Source of the DNA: Camelus ferus
Lineage: Eukaryota
Length of the DNA stretch: 64,000 nucleotides
Direction of reading: 5' to 3'
NCBI RefSeq assembly: GCF_009834535.1
Contig: NC_045697.1
Span: 110,610,001-110,674,000 of the forward strand
Part shown: positions 38,193 through 53,417 of the stretch, piece by piece
How the letters are laid out: each line of letters begins with the position of its first letter
Position numbering within the stretch: the stretch's first letter is position 1
The notes under the pieces: generated by a model
The model's database searches: none
Seen by the model: only the letters and a program-made list of their open reading frames with translations
What the model was told of the DNA's origin: nothing
Position numbers and translations under genes: made by a program

Positions 38193-40858
38193 AGAGTCTT
38201 TAATCCAAACCTTTTCAACACTAAAATAAAAATGTTAATTTTCAGTCTCAACACTTTCCATCATATTTTCTTGCCATATTCCTATAATCATTTGCTGTTG
38301 GATTCTGGAACAAGATAAAACAAAGCCTTGCTTTAAAGGAGAGCACAAAGTTATTTCCTGCAGGCATATACACGTGTAATGTTTAAGAAAAAATAATGAA
38401 TATTTACAATGATGACCAATATCTAGCCACTCAATGGGACAAAGCTTTGGTTTTCTAGCAAATACATTGAGCTGAACAATAAATTCCTTAGCAGGCAACA
38501 ATTAGCAGGGTGACAGCATGCTAATTTAGAAGAAGCACTGAGCTGGGATTTGGAGGTCTGGTCCTGCTTCTTAACTCTGAGATCTAGAAAAGTGTGTAAA
38601 AATCTCTGAGCTCAATCTCAGCCATAAAATGGGACAATACTTGCACAAAAACTTCATAGGATGGCTGTGAGAATCAAAAGAAATTATGGGATTGATGTAA
38701 GTAATTTTAAGATTCCCTTCTTAGCTCTTAGAGTCTATAACATGAATCTAAAAGTGCTTTATGATCTGTAAAGATCTATTCAAATGTAAAAGGTTATGGG
38801 ATAAAATGAGACACTGCAGTATTTAAACCATTACAATATTCTGCCTGGGACTTTTCATGAACGAAACTTCATTTTAATTTTTAAGACAGAAGTAGGGGGA
38901 TTAAATGTATGAGAGCCAGGATAATGGCAAGTATTTAGGAAGAAGTTAGAATTTATTCAACAGGGATTTTTGTCATAGTGTGTTCTCCGCCTCCCCTCTA
39001 GTAATGAAATTACTCTTTGGATTTTGTACACTTGACACACCGAATAATGTGTGAAAGGCGGAAAGGATGCTTTGTACCTTTCAAGCAGGTAATGACTAAC
39101 TGGCACACGATGTCCTGGGGGAGCCGTGCGTGGTGCTGCGGTCACAGTCCCACACTCTGCTCGGGGGGTGAGAAGTGGTTCTGCAGTTGTCAGAAGAAGC
39201 AAAAAAGGCACCAGCACTGCTGTATTAGGTACTAAAATAAAGGAAGAAGAGGGATTTCCAAAGACTGATTTCTAATGTTATATTCTTATTATTAAAAAAT
39301 GATTTTTCGTTTTTGGCCATAGGTTTACCTAGAGTAGGAGACACTGAAGAGTTGGCGTGATAATGGAAATGACAGGGGGGAGGGCCCAGGCTCTTGCTCT
39401 GTTTAGTCTGGTGCTTTTGTCACCCGGGAGAAAGCTGGAGATGGAAAGCAAGCAATAGGGATGTGGGACCTTTAAGAAAACTACCAAGTAAAGAGAATTC
39501 TAAAGACTAAACACCTATGGATTGGAGGCCTGATCTATGAATGGATTCACTGTTTGACTATTCAGCAGTGTACATGGTCAAGTGCACTTAGTTCAAAATC
39601 CTTTACAGCGGAGATCTGTTTAAGCAGACACGGACAGATTGTCAGATAAGGAGGAGAGAACGATTAATATCTGGTAAAAGATGAAAGGAACCACAGTGTA
39701 CGCTAAAAATGGTGAGAAGTGGTGGGAACTGTGAAGCGAAGAGGTCCTGGAACAGCTGGGGGCAGGGAGGATCGCCATTTCAACTATTTGCTGGGCTTTA
39801 ATCAGGAAGAGGAGACCCACCGTAGAGTGAGGAGCAGGGGCACCAGTGCCAGACTCAGACTTCCAGGTGTTCATATCCAGCACCAAGCGGCTGCGCAGTC
39901 CTGGCCACGTTACTGCCTTTGGATGCTCAACATGCCCATTGTAACTAGGAATTATTATGAGATGCAATGATTTAATAAAATAACATGTAAAGCCTTCCCC
40001 TAGAACATGGACAACCCTCAATAAAAGGTAAAATAGTTGCATTGATTTTTTTTGCTTTAATTCACAACGTGGGCAGAATTAGATCAACAAACGGAGTTTA
40101 TAGGGAGTTTTGGTTCAATATAAAGACCATTGTAATGATTATTATCTCTATTTAAACAGACCTCTCTAACTACATCTGCAACTTCCCCAAATGAAATAAA
40201 ACAGTAAATGACATGCACATTTGCCTCTCTCTCTATTTGTAAATTTCAGTCAAAAACATTTATTGAGGTCCTACTATGTCAAAGACCTATGGAGTATATA
40301 AATACCAAAAATTAAAACTTACGGTTCCTGCTCTCAAAACATCTTGAAAATATTAGTTGGAAAATAGCATTTCAATAGGAGCATAGTGGCGTCTATGTTC
40401 CAAAGATTCAGAAAGTTAAAATGCTTTTATGAGCACATTTCTTCTAGGACACGAAGGCTAGGGTTGAACCATCAGGATCAGTAACATTTTAATTTATATA
40501 AGAAAAATCGCAAAAGTTCAAATTTCAACCCCAAGATCCTAAAACCACCTTTCTGTATTTTTTATGTTCCAGGGGTCTCACCAGCTAGGATTCTGAAACT
40601 TAATTCTCTACTCCATCTGATCAATCATTTGAAGATAAAAAGAAATTTATAAAAATGTTTGCAATCAAAATTATTTTACTATTATTTAATTCTACTGACT
40701 AATCGACTTTGATGAAATAGGAAGGTAGGTACTATATATTCTTGAGGCACATTTAAAATGAGAATAGCCTCGTGAAGCATGGTTTGCCACATGAAGACTG
40801 GAGGTAGAAGGAGCTGTTCAGACATTGCTTTCAGAACCCATATCATAAGTGATGGAAA

Positions 40859-41365
40859 TGTAGTCAGGAAGAACAGATCTGATTCCGTATGAGATCTGCT
40901 CCTTTAGCTCTAACCCTGTGCTCTGTTTCCTGTGCTTAGTCCTGCTGGTTCTGCACCTTTTGAAAAAGAATGTTGCCTATAGTCTGAAATACACAGGAGA
41001 GCCCATTCTCAAGGCTCTGACCTTTAAGGGTGTAACACTTTTCCATTCATATACAGATAAAAAGTTGCAGAAGACAGAATAACATTTGTCTCGTTGGAGG
41101 TTTTGTCTTGTTATTTGTGGACAGCTGCAAGAAAAAAGGATTCTGACACCAAGAAGTTTGCAACAACCAACCACACCCCCTCCCCTTTTTAGCATAAAAA
41201 GAGCCTAAATTCTAACTTGGGTAAGATGGTTCTCTAGGACATTAGACCCCCATCTTCTCCGTCTGCTTATTTCCAAATAAGGTCATTATTCCTTGCCCCA
41301 ACACATCATCTCCTGATCTAATGGCCTGTCATGCAGAGAGCAGAATGAGTTTGGACTCAGTAACA
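40859..41365 (+). mobile_element. Solo ERV LTR
   Basis: tgtagtcagg ... gactcagtaaca; TATA-like gcataaaa and an aaataa signal followed by U5-like sequence. Confidence 0.75.
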
Positions 41366-42549
41366 AAAGCTTGTCCCAGATTGGTGATGGCTGGGGAACA
41401 CTGAATCTAGGAGGCATTGCAGGTCAAAATTCTTCAGTATTTAATACATGATGAAACATGTAATGCAAGTCAAAAAGAATTAATGCAAAGTAACTAAAGA
41501 AAAATGGTGATTGTATTATGTCAGTGGAGAAGTTGGTGGCAGGGATGGTAAGCTCAACTTCTAATGTGGTGGTTTTTCATGCCTTTGAGACGGTCTAATG
41601 TGGTGTAAATAGTGTAGGCTTGGAGATGCGAATTTTGTTCTACTCCCAGTTCAACTCTATTGTAAATGATGTGACTTTCAATTAAGTTATTAACTTCTCT
41701 GACCCTCCGTTAAAAGAGTGAGTAATAATTACTCCAGAGTAGTTTTAAGGATGAAAGGAGCTAATTTTTGCTTGATAAAAGCTCCAAAATTGTAGCCCTT
41801 GCTACCATCCAGATGGAAACATTTGGAGGCAAGTGGGGGATGTGGCATTGGTAAGAGAGAGATGCCATATCCGGGTGTGAGAATTGGATATTCTCCTTCT
41901 TGGAGGTGCAAGACAAAATGAGAATGGAATGCAGGAGAGAAGCATGAACTGAAACTTAGGAGAAAGATATTGCACAGTTCTCACACATTTTGAGTGCCAA
42001 TAAACATTTTTGAATAAAACAAATAAAGAGAGATTGAGGTTTAGTGGTGGGTGGAAGGAAAGGAGCCATAAAAATGAGAGAAAACTCTTCAGAAAGAAGT
42101 AGGAAGAACATTTCTATGAAAGTTAAATATTTAGTGTAAAGATAATAATAGTGTCTAAGGGCTGGCTGCACACCAGGCTTCCCAGATGTTCACTTATCTA
42201 TATCCTGTGCCATAAGTATTACTTTACATAGGAGGAAACTGAAGTCTAGAAAATGTATGTAGGTGGTAAGTTTGTTCCAAACCACTGTTCTGTATTGCCT
42301 CTACTCTAGCTAGCAAATATAATTGATGAATAATTAGGTGATTGCCCTGCTATTTTATACCTATTAGGACAAAAACAGTATTAGTCCACTTAAGACATTA
42401 AATAGAATATTAATATTATTAATTTTTTTCCATATAGGGGTTACTCTATCATCATTCATTCTATCTTAATAGTGACTGTTGAAATAATGTGAGGGAGAAG
42501 AACATGGAATCTGTGTTTCAAAATCAAATTTGACTATTGACTTGATTCT

Positions 42550-42686
42550 TTTACATTTCAAAATTATTTTGGGGGGGTAGGTAACTAGGCTTATTTATTT
42601 GTTTAAATGAAGGTACTTGGGGATCAAACCCAGGACCTCATGCATGCTGAGCGCCTGCTCTACCACTGAGCTCCACCCTCCCTCCC
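42550..42686 (-). mobile_element. tRNA-derived SINE (vic-1-like)
   Basis: Minus strand gggtggagctcagtggtagagc...ctgggtttgatcccc; TSD ttgacttgRtt. Confidence 0.85.
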
Positions 42687-45600
42687 TTGACTTGGTTTTT
42701 AATGCAACACTGCTATTTGTTAAACTCCGCTAGGCATCCTGCATGGAACAGCCACACGTCCGCAGAAGGCTTTGTGTCTGCTTTTGTAAAAGACACATTA
42801 ACTCAAGGTAGAGGGAGGCATCGCAGTCGTATGCATGTGGACCAGGTAGCTACAGTATAGGGCTGTATGATTAAAACGCAGGTTCTGACCCAGGAGGGCG
42901 GGGTTGGGGACCTAGATTCCGTCTTTCTAACAAGCCCCAGGTGATTCCCATGCTCCTGATCGGTCCATGGGCCACCTTTCAAAGTTCCAGGTCACATTTA
43001 CAGTGTGGACTGGCTTCTGTGAGGGTGCAAATTGTAAAAGGTCTTTAAGATGTTTGTTGTCGTTGCTCTAAAAGATATAAGAATGGATGGGCAGAAGCAT
43101 TAAGCATCATTGCGTTAGACAAGGCTGTGTTAGTCTATTAAGACAAAGCGTTTCCCCTTTTTCCCTGTGTTACAGATTATTTGCTGTATATTCGTTTGCT
43201 GCGTTCACTAGGTAAAGTCAAATCCCAGGCAAAACTGGGTGGTAGGTGTCACTGTCTCACAGTGACAGATAATGAGGTTTTGGAGAAAAGCAATGCTAAT
43301 TAGAAGAATACACATTTTCTAACTGAATTTATATTCTGACATGGGGAAGTATCAATATTAATGTGAAACTCACGATGGTGATTTTTATTTATGAGGCAGA
43401 TGCATATGAGGAGATGTTTATAAAAAATGTAAATATGTAAATTACACTTTATACGGAGGCAGGCAGAATTTTTAACTGAGTTAGAGAAAGTCAGGATTAT
43501 ACTATGGTAGGAGCATGGGACTCAAAGGAAATAGCAGAAAACCATTTTTTTCCCCCCTGAGTAACATGAAGGGATATGGGATTTGGGATTAATCACCAAA
43601 CAAGATGATTTAGAAAGTAATTTTCTTGATTTCAGTTTACTATTTTATTTTTAGACTTCTTAAATTTTAGCTTGACCTTTTGAAAGTGGGGAATTTTCTA
43701 TTTTTCTCCTCTTATAGATTTAGGTAGTGAATTCAATTCGATTTACTGAAAGAATTTTCAGAGTTACTATGTGTAAGATGTTATGGGGGAGCAATTCTGT
43801 ATAAGACATAAAAGCACATGGAGCATTATTGTGACCCGTAGTTATATGTATGCAGCAAAAATCTAAAACATACAAGGACAGCACATATTGACTTCAGTCC
43901 TGTGCTTATTCTTGGAAAGAGAAGGAGGGAAATGAAATGTGGAGACTGGGCTAACCATAACCATATTTGTAATACTTTAAATATTTTTAAAAGATCTGAA
44001 ATAAAGCTTGTAGTTATATATCATTGAATGTTATTATTATTGATACAATATTTAAAAATATAAGTTGTGGGCACGCAGGTGCTTATTATTTTCTGTATGT
44101 TTGAAATATTTCATAGTGAAAGAAAAATTATCCCTCCCTGTCAAGGAATTTACTAGTATAGAGTAAGAATTCATAAAACGTGATTGCAGTCAAGTAGCTT
44201 TTGCTTTCTGAAGTGGAGGCAAATCCAGTGAAGATCCCTGTGTTTAAGGTTTGGGGACTGACTTTTTGAGCATGTTTAAGTACTTTTGATAAGGCCTCTC
44301 TGTACTTCCTGTGTGAGACATGTTTGGTTTGGGGTTGGGAGATGAAACATATGTAGATAATTTGTTATAGATTTTAGGTTATTCCAAGCTTATGGCAAAG
44401 TCATGAATCCAAGAAAACCCTACTAAATGGACATTTTCTCATGCCATATGGTTACCAAGTTTAGAACATCTATTCTTTTGTGTTGTGAGTTGCCCAGGAC
44501 TGAGGGATTCATCAGAATAAGGACATTTCAGTGCTAAAATTGGGACAGTTACAGGCAGACTGGGACGGCTGGTCACTCTGCTATCAGGTGCCACTTTAGA
44601 ATGATGAAAGGAAACCCTGTATTTTGCTCTTGAGAACAGTTTATTGAGGTTAATGAACCCCATCTGTGTCTCCCAGGCTGGGGTAGGGGTACTTTGTCCA
44701 GTTATGCAACCGCATAAGGAAAAGAGCATAGGTGAGGAAATGGTGAGCCATGATTCATTCAAAAAATTAGAAAGGTATCAAAGACGAAGAGGATTTTGAG
44801 AAATATCTTACGTAATCAGCCAGTAGGAAGTGCAATGGACTGGTTAGCCTTTATTAGCAAAGTTTTGTAACTAACCTTTGATGCATCGTCTAACAATTAA
44901 ATTTTTCATGTGAATCAAGAAAGTAACAGCCTGAAAAAAGGTAGCAGGGTAGTTGATAAGAAAGGGGAACTGAAAAGTTTTTTATTGAGAAATATACTCA
45001 AGAGCTTGGAAATCAGAAAAGAGGTCTGTCAAACACTGAAAAAAAACCAGATATTTTCAATCTTTAAAAGCAAATAAGTTCAAGCAGTTTCAATAGACTT
45101 GTTTGAACTTATACTCCTGAGTATTTTGCCGGGGTGGGGAAGAAATTAGGAAAAGGTTTCATGATACAAAGTGTGCTAAGGTAGAGCTCAAGTGGAGCTT
45201 GCTTTGTTTTATCAGCCTGCAAAGTAAGAAAATGGAAGAACTACATTTTTAATCTTACGTTTTGACTTCCTAGAATATATTCTCATGTATTCTACACACA
45301 GTGCCAAGAGCACAATTCACTTCGGTATATGCATTTGGAATTCTATCAGAGCTTTCCTGGCCAGTCATTTTGGTAAGGCAAGGATGGGAAGTATTTCTAG
45401 CTAAACTGGGGACCTGCTAAGTTCTTGTGATTAATTGCACTCAAACTTATCTTTTCTCAAGGATAGAGAAACAAAGAGGAAGTGCAGTTTAGAGAGAATG
45501 TTTTCCCAGGAAATGATAGAGCACAAACCTTGAGAAATACAGTAATTTCAGGAACAACTGCTCCTCATTCTTATTATTAGTATTTGTTGAAATAAATAAT

Positions 45601-46334
45601 TTGGTTTATTATAGAGAATATTTTGGCTAAAATAATGAAGCATTGCTCATTATAAACAAAGAAATGACATCTGGATTGCTGCTGGAATCAGTTATTAACC
45701 TGGCTCTATTTCAGCAAAACAACAATTCTAGGGTAATCTTTGAGGTTTGAAGATAGCATCCTTCCCCCATTTCCCCAGCACACCCTCCATCTCAGCAGCT
45801 CCCCACCATCTGGAGGTGGTGTCAGGAAGCCCTAACTCATGTAGTCACTTCTATCTTGAGAGGATGAGCTTACACTAGAGACCAAGTGGGCTGCCAGCCA
45901 GCAGCTGGAGGTTAGGAATTTGCCCCTCGAGCCAGAATGAAACTTGGGTGGTGATTCTGCAGCCCATCCTTACCTCCTTGGGGTTCAGGGGTAAAAGCTA
46001 CAATAGAGGAAAACCTCAGCAAGGAGTCAAGGAGATCTGAACCTTACATGAGCTTCTGTCAGTCACGTGCAGCTCCACCTTAAACAGCTAAGTTGTCCTA
46101 CAGAGGGTGGCATTTCTGATCACGTCATGCCTGTTGGGAAGGGAGAGGTTGTAAGTGAAAAAGCAGAGGAGTGGGATTCCTGGTCCCGTCAACTCTGAAT
46201 AATGGCTGGACGCAAACCCCGGCAAGCTGAGTAGTGACCAGATCTTCCAGCAGAGGGCAGTGCAGCAGACTTTTCGGCGAAGAGGGACTTGGGTCCAGAG
46301 GACACAGGTTTGAAGAATATTCATCGAGAGACTT

Positions 46335-46824
46335 CTTTTTTTCAATTGAAATATAATCAGTTCACAATGTTGTGTCAACTTCTGGTGTACAGCACAATAG
46401 TTCAGTCATACATATACATACATTCATTAGTTTTCATATTCTTTTCCATTATAGATTACTACAAGATATTGAATATAGTTCCCTGTGCTATGCAGTAAAA
46501 ATTTGTTATTTATCTGTTTTATATATAGTAGTTAGTATCTGCAAATCTCGAACTCCTGATTTATCCTTTCCCACCCCCCTTCCCTCATGGTAATCATAAG
46601 TTTTTTTTTCTTTTGTTTGTTTTCCGTTTTCGTTTTCATTAAAGGTTGTTACAAGATACTGAATATAGTTCCCTGTGCTATACAGAAGAAATTTTTTTTA
46701 AATCTATTGTATATATAGTGGTTAATATCTGCAAATCTCGAACTCCCAAATTTATCCCTTCTCATCCCCTTTTTCCCTGGTAACCATGAGATTGTTTACT
46801 ATGTCTGCCATTCTGTTTCTGTTC
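46335..46824 (-). mobile_element. L1 3' end with an internally repeated block
   Basis: The block tacaagataYtgaatatagttccctgtgcta...tatctgcaaatctcgaactcc occurs twice; degraded TSD tcatcRagRgac. Confidence 0.85.
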
Positions 46825-47738
46825 CTCATCAAGGGACATTTGGTAATTCCTGAATAACTGAAGGGCTATGGTATATTGTGAGACTAAGGGTTGCTGCTAC
46901 CTCTCTGTGCTGTGTGGCAGGATGAGGTGCTTTTTGTTTCTTCTTTTCCTCGTTTTTGCTGAAAATGGAGTACTTTTAGCATAATTATGCATTGGAGTTA
47001 TTATGAAAGACAGTATCAGTAAGAGAAGCTTTTTTTTTTTTTTTCCTGTTGATTGAGACTGTGGAGCATGGTTCCCTGTGGACTGGAATGTGACCTGGTA
47101 AAAATAGCAAAAAATAGTATTTTGCACCAGGCATGTTCATCACTAGCTTCCATTCTCATCTGGTAATGCTGCGTACCTGTCCGCCTCTTGGATGTTGCAG
47201 GTCACCAGGGAAAGATGCAGAAGGGTTCCTCTTTCCATGAAACTCTCCTCTGCTCCAATGTGTTTTGTATTCTGAAGAAAGGGTGTCTGTGTCCTGGGAT
47301 GTCTAATGGGGAATTTTCTTGTGTTCTGGAATAGAAGTGGTAATAAAGAGAATCACGATGTCCACGAATGACCCAGCCCTTTTATGAGATATATATTTCT
47401 GGCACCAGGGCTACAGAAATTCTAGTCAAGATTTGTTTTAACAATAGTGTTCAAACATTAAAGGAAAAGAGTTGCAGCACACAAAATGCAGCACAAATAC
47501 AGTAGATTTCAGTTTAACAGCCATCACATCCTCAAAGTTATGCTTTCACAAGTCCTTTGGTCAGTTGAAATTTTTACCTACTCCCTAAATTCAGGCTGGC
47601 CTGACACACATTTTCCAAATAGAATCCCTTTATCTTCCTGGATAAATCCATTCCTTCCTGCTGAGCCTGAAGAAGCACTTGAGTGTCTTCCTCGGGTGTC
47701 CGTTTGTAATGAATTATGTCATTTACTGTCCATTCAGC

Positions 47739-48092
47739 TGTGAGAGGGCTTCAGAGGGGCACTGCATCCTGACCAGCAAGTGGACCTCACACTGGTTGGA
47801 ACCAGAAGGTTGATGATTGAGATTCCCAAAGCATCACCCTGCTACCTCATCACCAGCCAATCAGAGAATTGTGCACCAGCTGATCATGTACCTTGTGACC
47901 CTCTTCTCACACAGACTTTAATAACCCTTCCCTGAAAGCCATCGGGAAGTTTGGGTCTTTGGAGCACAAGCTGCACGTTCTCCTTAGTTGGTGCCCTTCA
48001 ATAAATGCTGAAGTTTCTTTCACTACAACACAGTGTCAGTAGCTTGGCTTTGCTGAATGTCAGGTGAGCAGATCCAAGCTCAGTTCAGCAAT
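47739..48092 (+). mobile_element. Solo ERV LTR
   Basis: tgtgagagg start, CCAAT (agccaatcagag), AATAAA at 47999, U5-like end. Confidence 0.65.
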
Positions 48093-50218
48093 TGATCTGG
48101 GGTGATCACGGGAATTTCTGTATCTAAAATGTTCCCCACTTGATTTTGATGATAAATCTTATTTAGAGATCCTTGACCGGTGGAATTAATAGCAGAATTT
48201 GGGAATGGATATAAGAATGAAGGTGAAAACTGCATGGTATTTACGCACAAAAAAGATACTGAATGATGTTTCCATTACCATTCCAATGGTGGTCTTAAAT
48301 AAACTTGACGTTGGCATCAATTTGTGGAGTTATGTCTGAGAAAAGTCCCTTATGCTGGGGACCAGAGAGTGGCAGATGAGGACAGGTATTAGATATATTG
48401 CATTATCTATTTTATTTCTGCAACTTTAGTGTCAAATTTACATACCTTGACTGACATGATGCACTTTGGGGAGGAAATTACAAATCAGTAAGAACATTGA
48501 AAGATTGGCTTTCTTGGAACACACTCAGTCACAACTGAGGCCATTGTTATCCAAGAGCCATGTTTACAGCTCTGCAAATACTGTTTCTACCTGCCTGCCA
48601 TCTGGACAAAAGAGGGGAAGTAGAGGCTTTGAACACCAGTCAAGCCCAGAACGAAATATGGGCTGGCAGTTTTATTTTCTTTGTAGCCAATCAACTACCA
48701 AACAGCTAACTTAAACTTTGGGATTAGGGACAGTGAAGAGTTTTAAGGAAAATTTACCTTCATCCTCACTCTTACCAGATCTTGAGATAGGTACCTGTGC
48801 TGAAAAATGATTTGAGGAATGCAATGAATGGCTCTTCCAAGGAGTAAAAAGACTAATTTGTTGTTTTCATTGATAAGGTCCCTGAATAATGGCTCCAGTC
48901 TTTATCAACTCTGCCAGCCTAGGAAATAAAAAAAGCAGTGGTACGGGACCTGAATAATTCTTGACTCGCTTGAAGTCTATTTCTGCCCGACAGCTCATCT
49001 CCAAATCACCAGTTTGTTTAGTTTAGTGACAGGAGGGACCTCCTGCTGCATCTTTCCTTGGAGGAGTGGGCACAGCAGGTCACATGGCTCAGCCTCCTCC
49101 AAATTCTCCTTAGACAGCTGCCCCCCAGGGTAACTGCCAGAATCTCTCCTCTCTTCCTCTGCAGGACCTCCATTGCCACGCTGCTCTCCCTCACCTCTCC
49201 TTTCTCTTCCTTCCAAACCCTGGATCCACTACACATGACAGTTGCTGTTACACAGCTTCCTGTAAGCGGTCCTTGATCTCCAACTTTATTTTTCATCTCA
49301 GCAAATGAATAAAAGTGTCTAAATCATCTTTAATATAGTACAATGACTATTATTACCATTGCCACTAGTTTACTATTACTACTGCTGAAGTTAACTGAAG
49401 GTCAAGAGAACTTTAATCAGAATTTGATGTTTGGGAAGCTTGTTAGAATGTTTCAAAACATTTGGTCTGATAGACTCATAGGTCGCTGTGAAACAATACT
49501 CATTTACTCAACCGAAGTGACAATTGTTTCAAAAACAGATACGAATCACCTAAAGCACAGACACTCACACAATCTGTTATCAAAAGTAGCACTCTAAGAA
49601 CCTTTGTCTTCTTAACACACAGAATCAAAGTCTTGTACCAGCTTGCATCGCCATGTTCACCAATGATGTTGATAATAGGAAACAAAATTCTAACTAGGTT
49701 TTGCTGAGCACTTATTACTAGAAAAACACTTCCCATACAAGTAAGAAAACAAATTCACTGATGGCCATCAGGTACTAAATGGAGGCAGAATTTTAGTGCA
49801 TGCGAGTTTGTAGCTTATAATTTTTATGTTACCCTGTCATTTACATTCATCAATAAGATGCATTTGTTTGAATTTTATGAAAATGCCAGCTTTCTTCTGG
49901 TGTACTAATTTGAGTAAATTTTTTGTCATTTTCATTGGCTTTTTTTTTTGGTGACTCTGACATAAGGGGGTGCACAGGATACCTCATTTCCTTGTCTCTC
50001 GCAGAAGGAAATTAAATGAAAGCAAGTAAAAAATTCGAGGGGAGTTGAAAAGAATGCACTTGTATCCAGACTCAATGGCTTGTTACAAGCAGGTTTGTCC
50101 CAGCTCAGGATGAGCAACTGTGTGCTCCCCTTCCCAGCTCTGATCAGTGACTACATGTTGGTAACTGAAAGTCAGATGCGATGGAATTATTTATGCCACA
50201 TAAATTAGCAAATGCTAC

Positions 50219-50607
50219 TGTGTTAGTTTTCTGTAGCTGCTATGACAGACAGGGTTCTATAACCAAGGTTTTGGCAGGGCTGGGCTCCCTCCGAAGGCTC
50301 TAGGGGAGAAGACTCTCCTTGCCTCATCTGGCTTCTGGTGGCTCCAGGTATTCCTTGTCCTGTGTCCATGTCACTCCAACCTCCCTGCTTCCGTGGTCAC
50401 GCTAGCTTCATGTCTTCTGTCTCAAAACCCCTGCCTTCTCTCTCTTATAAGGATATACGTGATTACATTTAGGGACCACCCGGCTAAGCCTCTCCAGATC
50501 CTTTACTTATTCACATCGTTGGCCATGTAAAGTGACAGTCAGGTGATATTCACAGGTCCTGGGGATTAGAACACAGGTTTCTGGGGGTCATGATTTAGCC
50601 TGCTACA
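50219..50607. mobile_element. MLT1 LTR inserted into a MER63 (MER63 parts ~50075-50218 and ~50608-50670)
   Basis: tgtgttagttttctgtagctgc...gaaggctctaggggagaa...tgctaca; the MER63 core on the left ends at aatgctac. Confidence 0.75.
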
Positions 50608-51571
50608 GATATAAAGCAATTTTTGTTTTGTTCTGTTTATCGTGTGGAGTGCTGGTTTATCTGCACAAAGCTGATCCTGTGTCAAATAAAAATGTTTAAC
50701 TGATGTGACACAGAAAACAACCCCTCAGGAGATTACTGGTGTCATGAGTGCATTGCGTAGTAGTTGAATGTCAACCTTGTCTAGGAAATAATTTTAGCAC
50801 TTCAGAAGGTAAGTGCAATTGATTGAATTATTTATACATGAAGATAGAGGTTTTTTTCACTGTTCATTATAATGGATGACACTTGTACTTTTAAAATTGT
50901 AAAGTGATTACAGAGTGGAAATCGTAAGAAGGGCTTTAGTTAACAGTGTCCCTAGTTCATGACTGGAGCGTTTTTGTAGCCTCCGTAGCCTTTGTTTCCA
51001 AGTTGCCATTTACACCACAATCTGGTCTCCTTTCTTTGAAAAGTATCCCAGTGATGCCTTTTCATGACCACAATATCATTCTTAGATATGAAATTCATTT
51101 TGAGAGCGGGGCTCAGGAAATGTTTATTGACACTAGGAGCAGGTGCATAATTATAGAAATGAAATTCTGAGGATGACACTCAATCACTTGGATATTAAAA
51201 ATGATAGTAGAGGATTTGTGTCAACTAATCTTAGGCTGCTGAGACAGTCTCGAAATTAAAAGGTTGTTTTTATTCATTTTTTTTGTACTTCTTTGTGGAT
51301 TTTTTTTAAGTATGACTGTGTTTATCCATATTAATATTATGAGTAATTTCCAGTAGAACTGGAATGCCACAAATTTCCATCAGTTGTTGGGCTGTTTTTA
51401 GATAGTTATTTGGCTAATACAAGTCATTGTCTTGAAGATGGATTGACTCTTTAAAAGTAAATTTCCTCAGCATGGAGTCTGTAATGATCCAGGAAAGTGA
51501 TCGAGCTCTAACTTGCTTTTCAGACATAGTTGGTCGTAGGGCATGCCATTAAACATCTGTTTCCTCTGGGA

Positions 51572-51733
51572 CAGTGGTTCTCACTGTTGGCTGTACCTTA
51601 GAATCACCTGATAAAAATACTGGTGTGGAGACAAATTACAAAGGATTCTCTGAAGACAGTGTCTAGTATTCAGTACTTGGTAAACTCTCAAAGTGATTGC
51701 AATGTGCAGGTGAGTTTGGGAACCAAACAACTG
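51572..51733. mobile_element. MER5-like element
   Basis: cagtggttctca...ttagaatcacctg...gtgattgcaatgtgcag...tttgggaacca. Confidence 0.7.
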
Positions 51734-53417
51734 CTCTAGGAGGAAATAGTCCTGGCTCTTCTTTCAGTTTAGATGAGTCTTTAGAAATAACTTCTGCAAG
51801 AGACCCTAAAGGTCCCTAATATCATCATATTATCATAAGACTAGGATTATATATTTTAAAAAGTTAGACATTCAGATGTTTCTGCCACTTGCTACTAAGA
51901 ATGAGGTTTTTTGGTTACTGTACTGAGGAAGAGCATGGCAAGAATCATAAAATCTATTGTACTAGCTCCCAGGCATGTCTAACTATCAACCATTCAAGAC
52001 AAAGTTGTATCCATTTTATAATTTAACCATGCTATATTTCCCACGCCATCCTCAGATGCTTCCTCTCATCTTTTTACTGCTGATTAGTAAATCCATATGA
52101 TGCTGCTGAGGGACAAGAGATACACTGAATAAACAGGAGAATAAAGTTAAAAGGATTTCCAAAAGTAAAATTTTAAATATATTAAAAAATATGGATTCTG
52201 TACATTTTATAGAAATTACACATGCTTATTATAAGAAAAAAAATTTAAGTGCAGAAAATTTGAAAGCAACATACAGGGGGAAAAACTCACATTTAGAAAT
52301 AATCAGTGTTAATGTTTCATAAAAATAAGCCCAAATAGTTCTTCATGTATACATACTGATAGCAGGATTATATAGATAAATACACATTTTTAAGAGAATG
52401 GGACCCTATAATATATCATATTTTAATATTAAAATCATACTAATTTTGCTAGAATTAACAGAGAAAAACAAATTCAAATGTAACTAAAGAAATTGTTGAG
52501 CTTTAGAGATAAAATTCCAAAAAGATAGTATGAAAACCATTAAGAATCTGGCATAAGCATATTCAAAGTTTACAGAAAATTAATTGACTTCTTAATATGG
52601 AATATGAAGAACTAGTATTTAAAATGTCTTCTACTTCCCTGACACAACATGCTGATTACTTTACTTACAGTTTTACGTTGCTGTTTTTGAGCATTTACAT
52701 TCTGATCTGCACCCATAATGTCTAGGGTTGTTGACGTTAGTTCCCTCTCCATGGTTTCTCCATCAGTTATGATGGCTGTTCCATAAAATGAGGTACCACA
52801 CGCTTGATTTACCGGTAAATGTTCAACTCCTGGGGATAGTTCTAACATAGTAAGTTGTTAAATGAATAACATTCTTGGTGTATTTACAGTGATTTATATC
52901 TTAGTTGGCAGAATTTATAATTGAGCAGTTTTTTTTTAAGAGGGGTTTATTGGTGCTACATTCTTTCACTTCTTTCAATTTGAAACTTTCTCGTTGTTCA
53001 TAATCATAATTTTTACTTACCGTCAAATACAAATACCAGTGAATTTTGCAATGGAGATGATGCTTACAAATTTGAGACTCTTTCAGAAAACAAAATAAGT
53101 GTTCGTCTTTGGCTAAGTCAAAGGTAATGCTTTCATAAGACCCAGAAAGTAAGGCTGCAGAAACTGCTTTCTAGCATTTGATGTAATTAAAGATTTCTGG
53201 TATAATGTGTTTAGCATTCGGGCCTCTAGGTAAATGTTGAGGACTGAACAAATGGCCAGGGGACATGATACCATTTTTCTGCAACGTCCTGTCTGGATCT
53301 CCAAACCCCCACAAATGCACTTTTGTCTGTGGATGGCTGCTGAATTATTCTTACGAGAGAGAGACCTCCTATTCTGTCATCCTGTTGACATTACTCTCAA
53401 GAGTACCTACAATCATT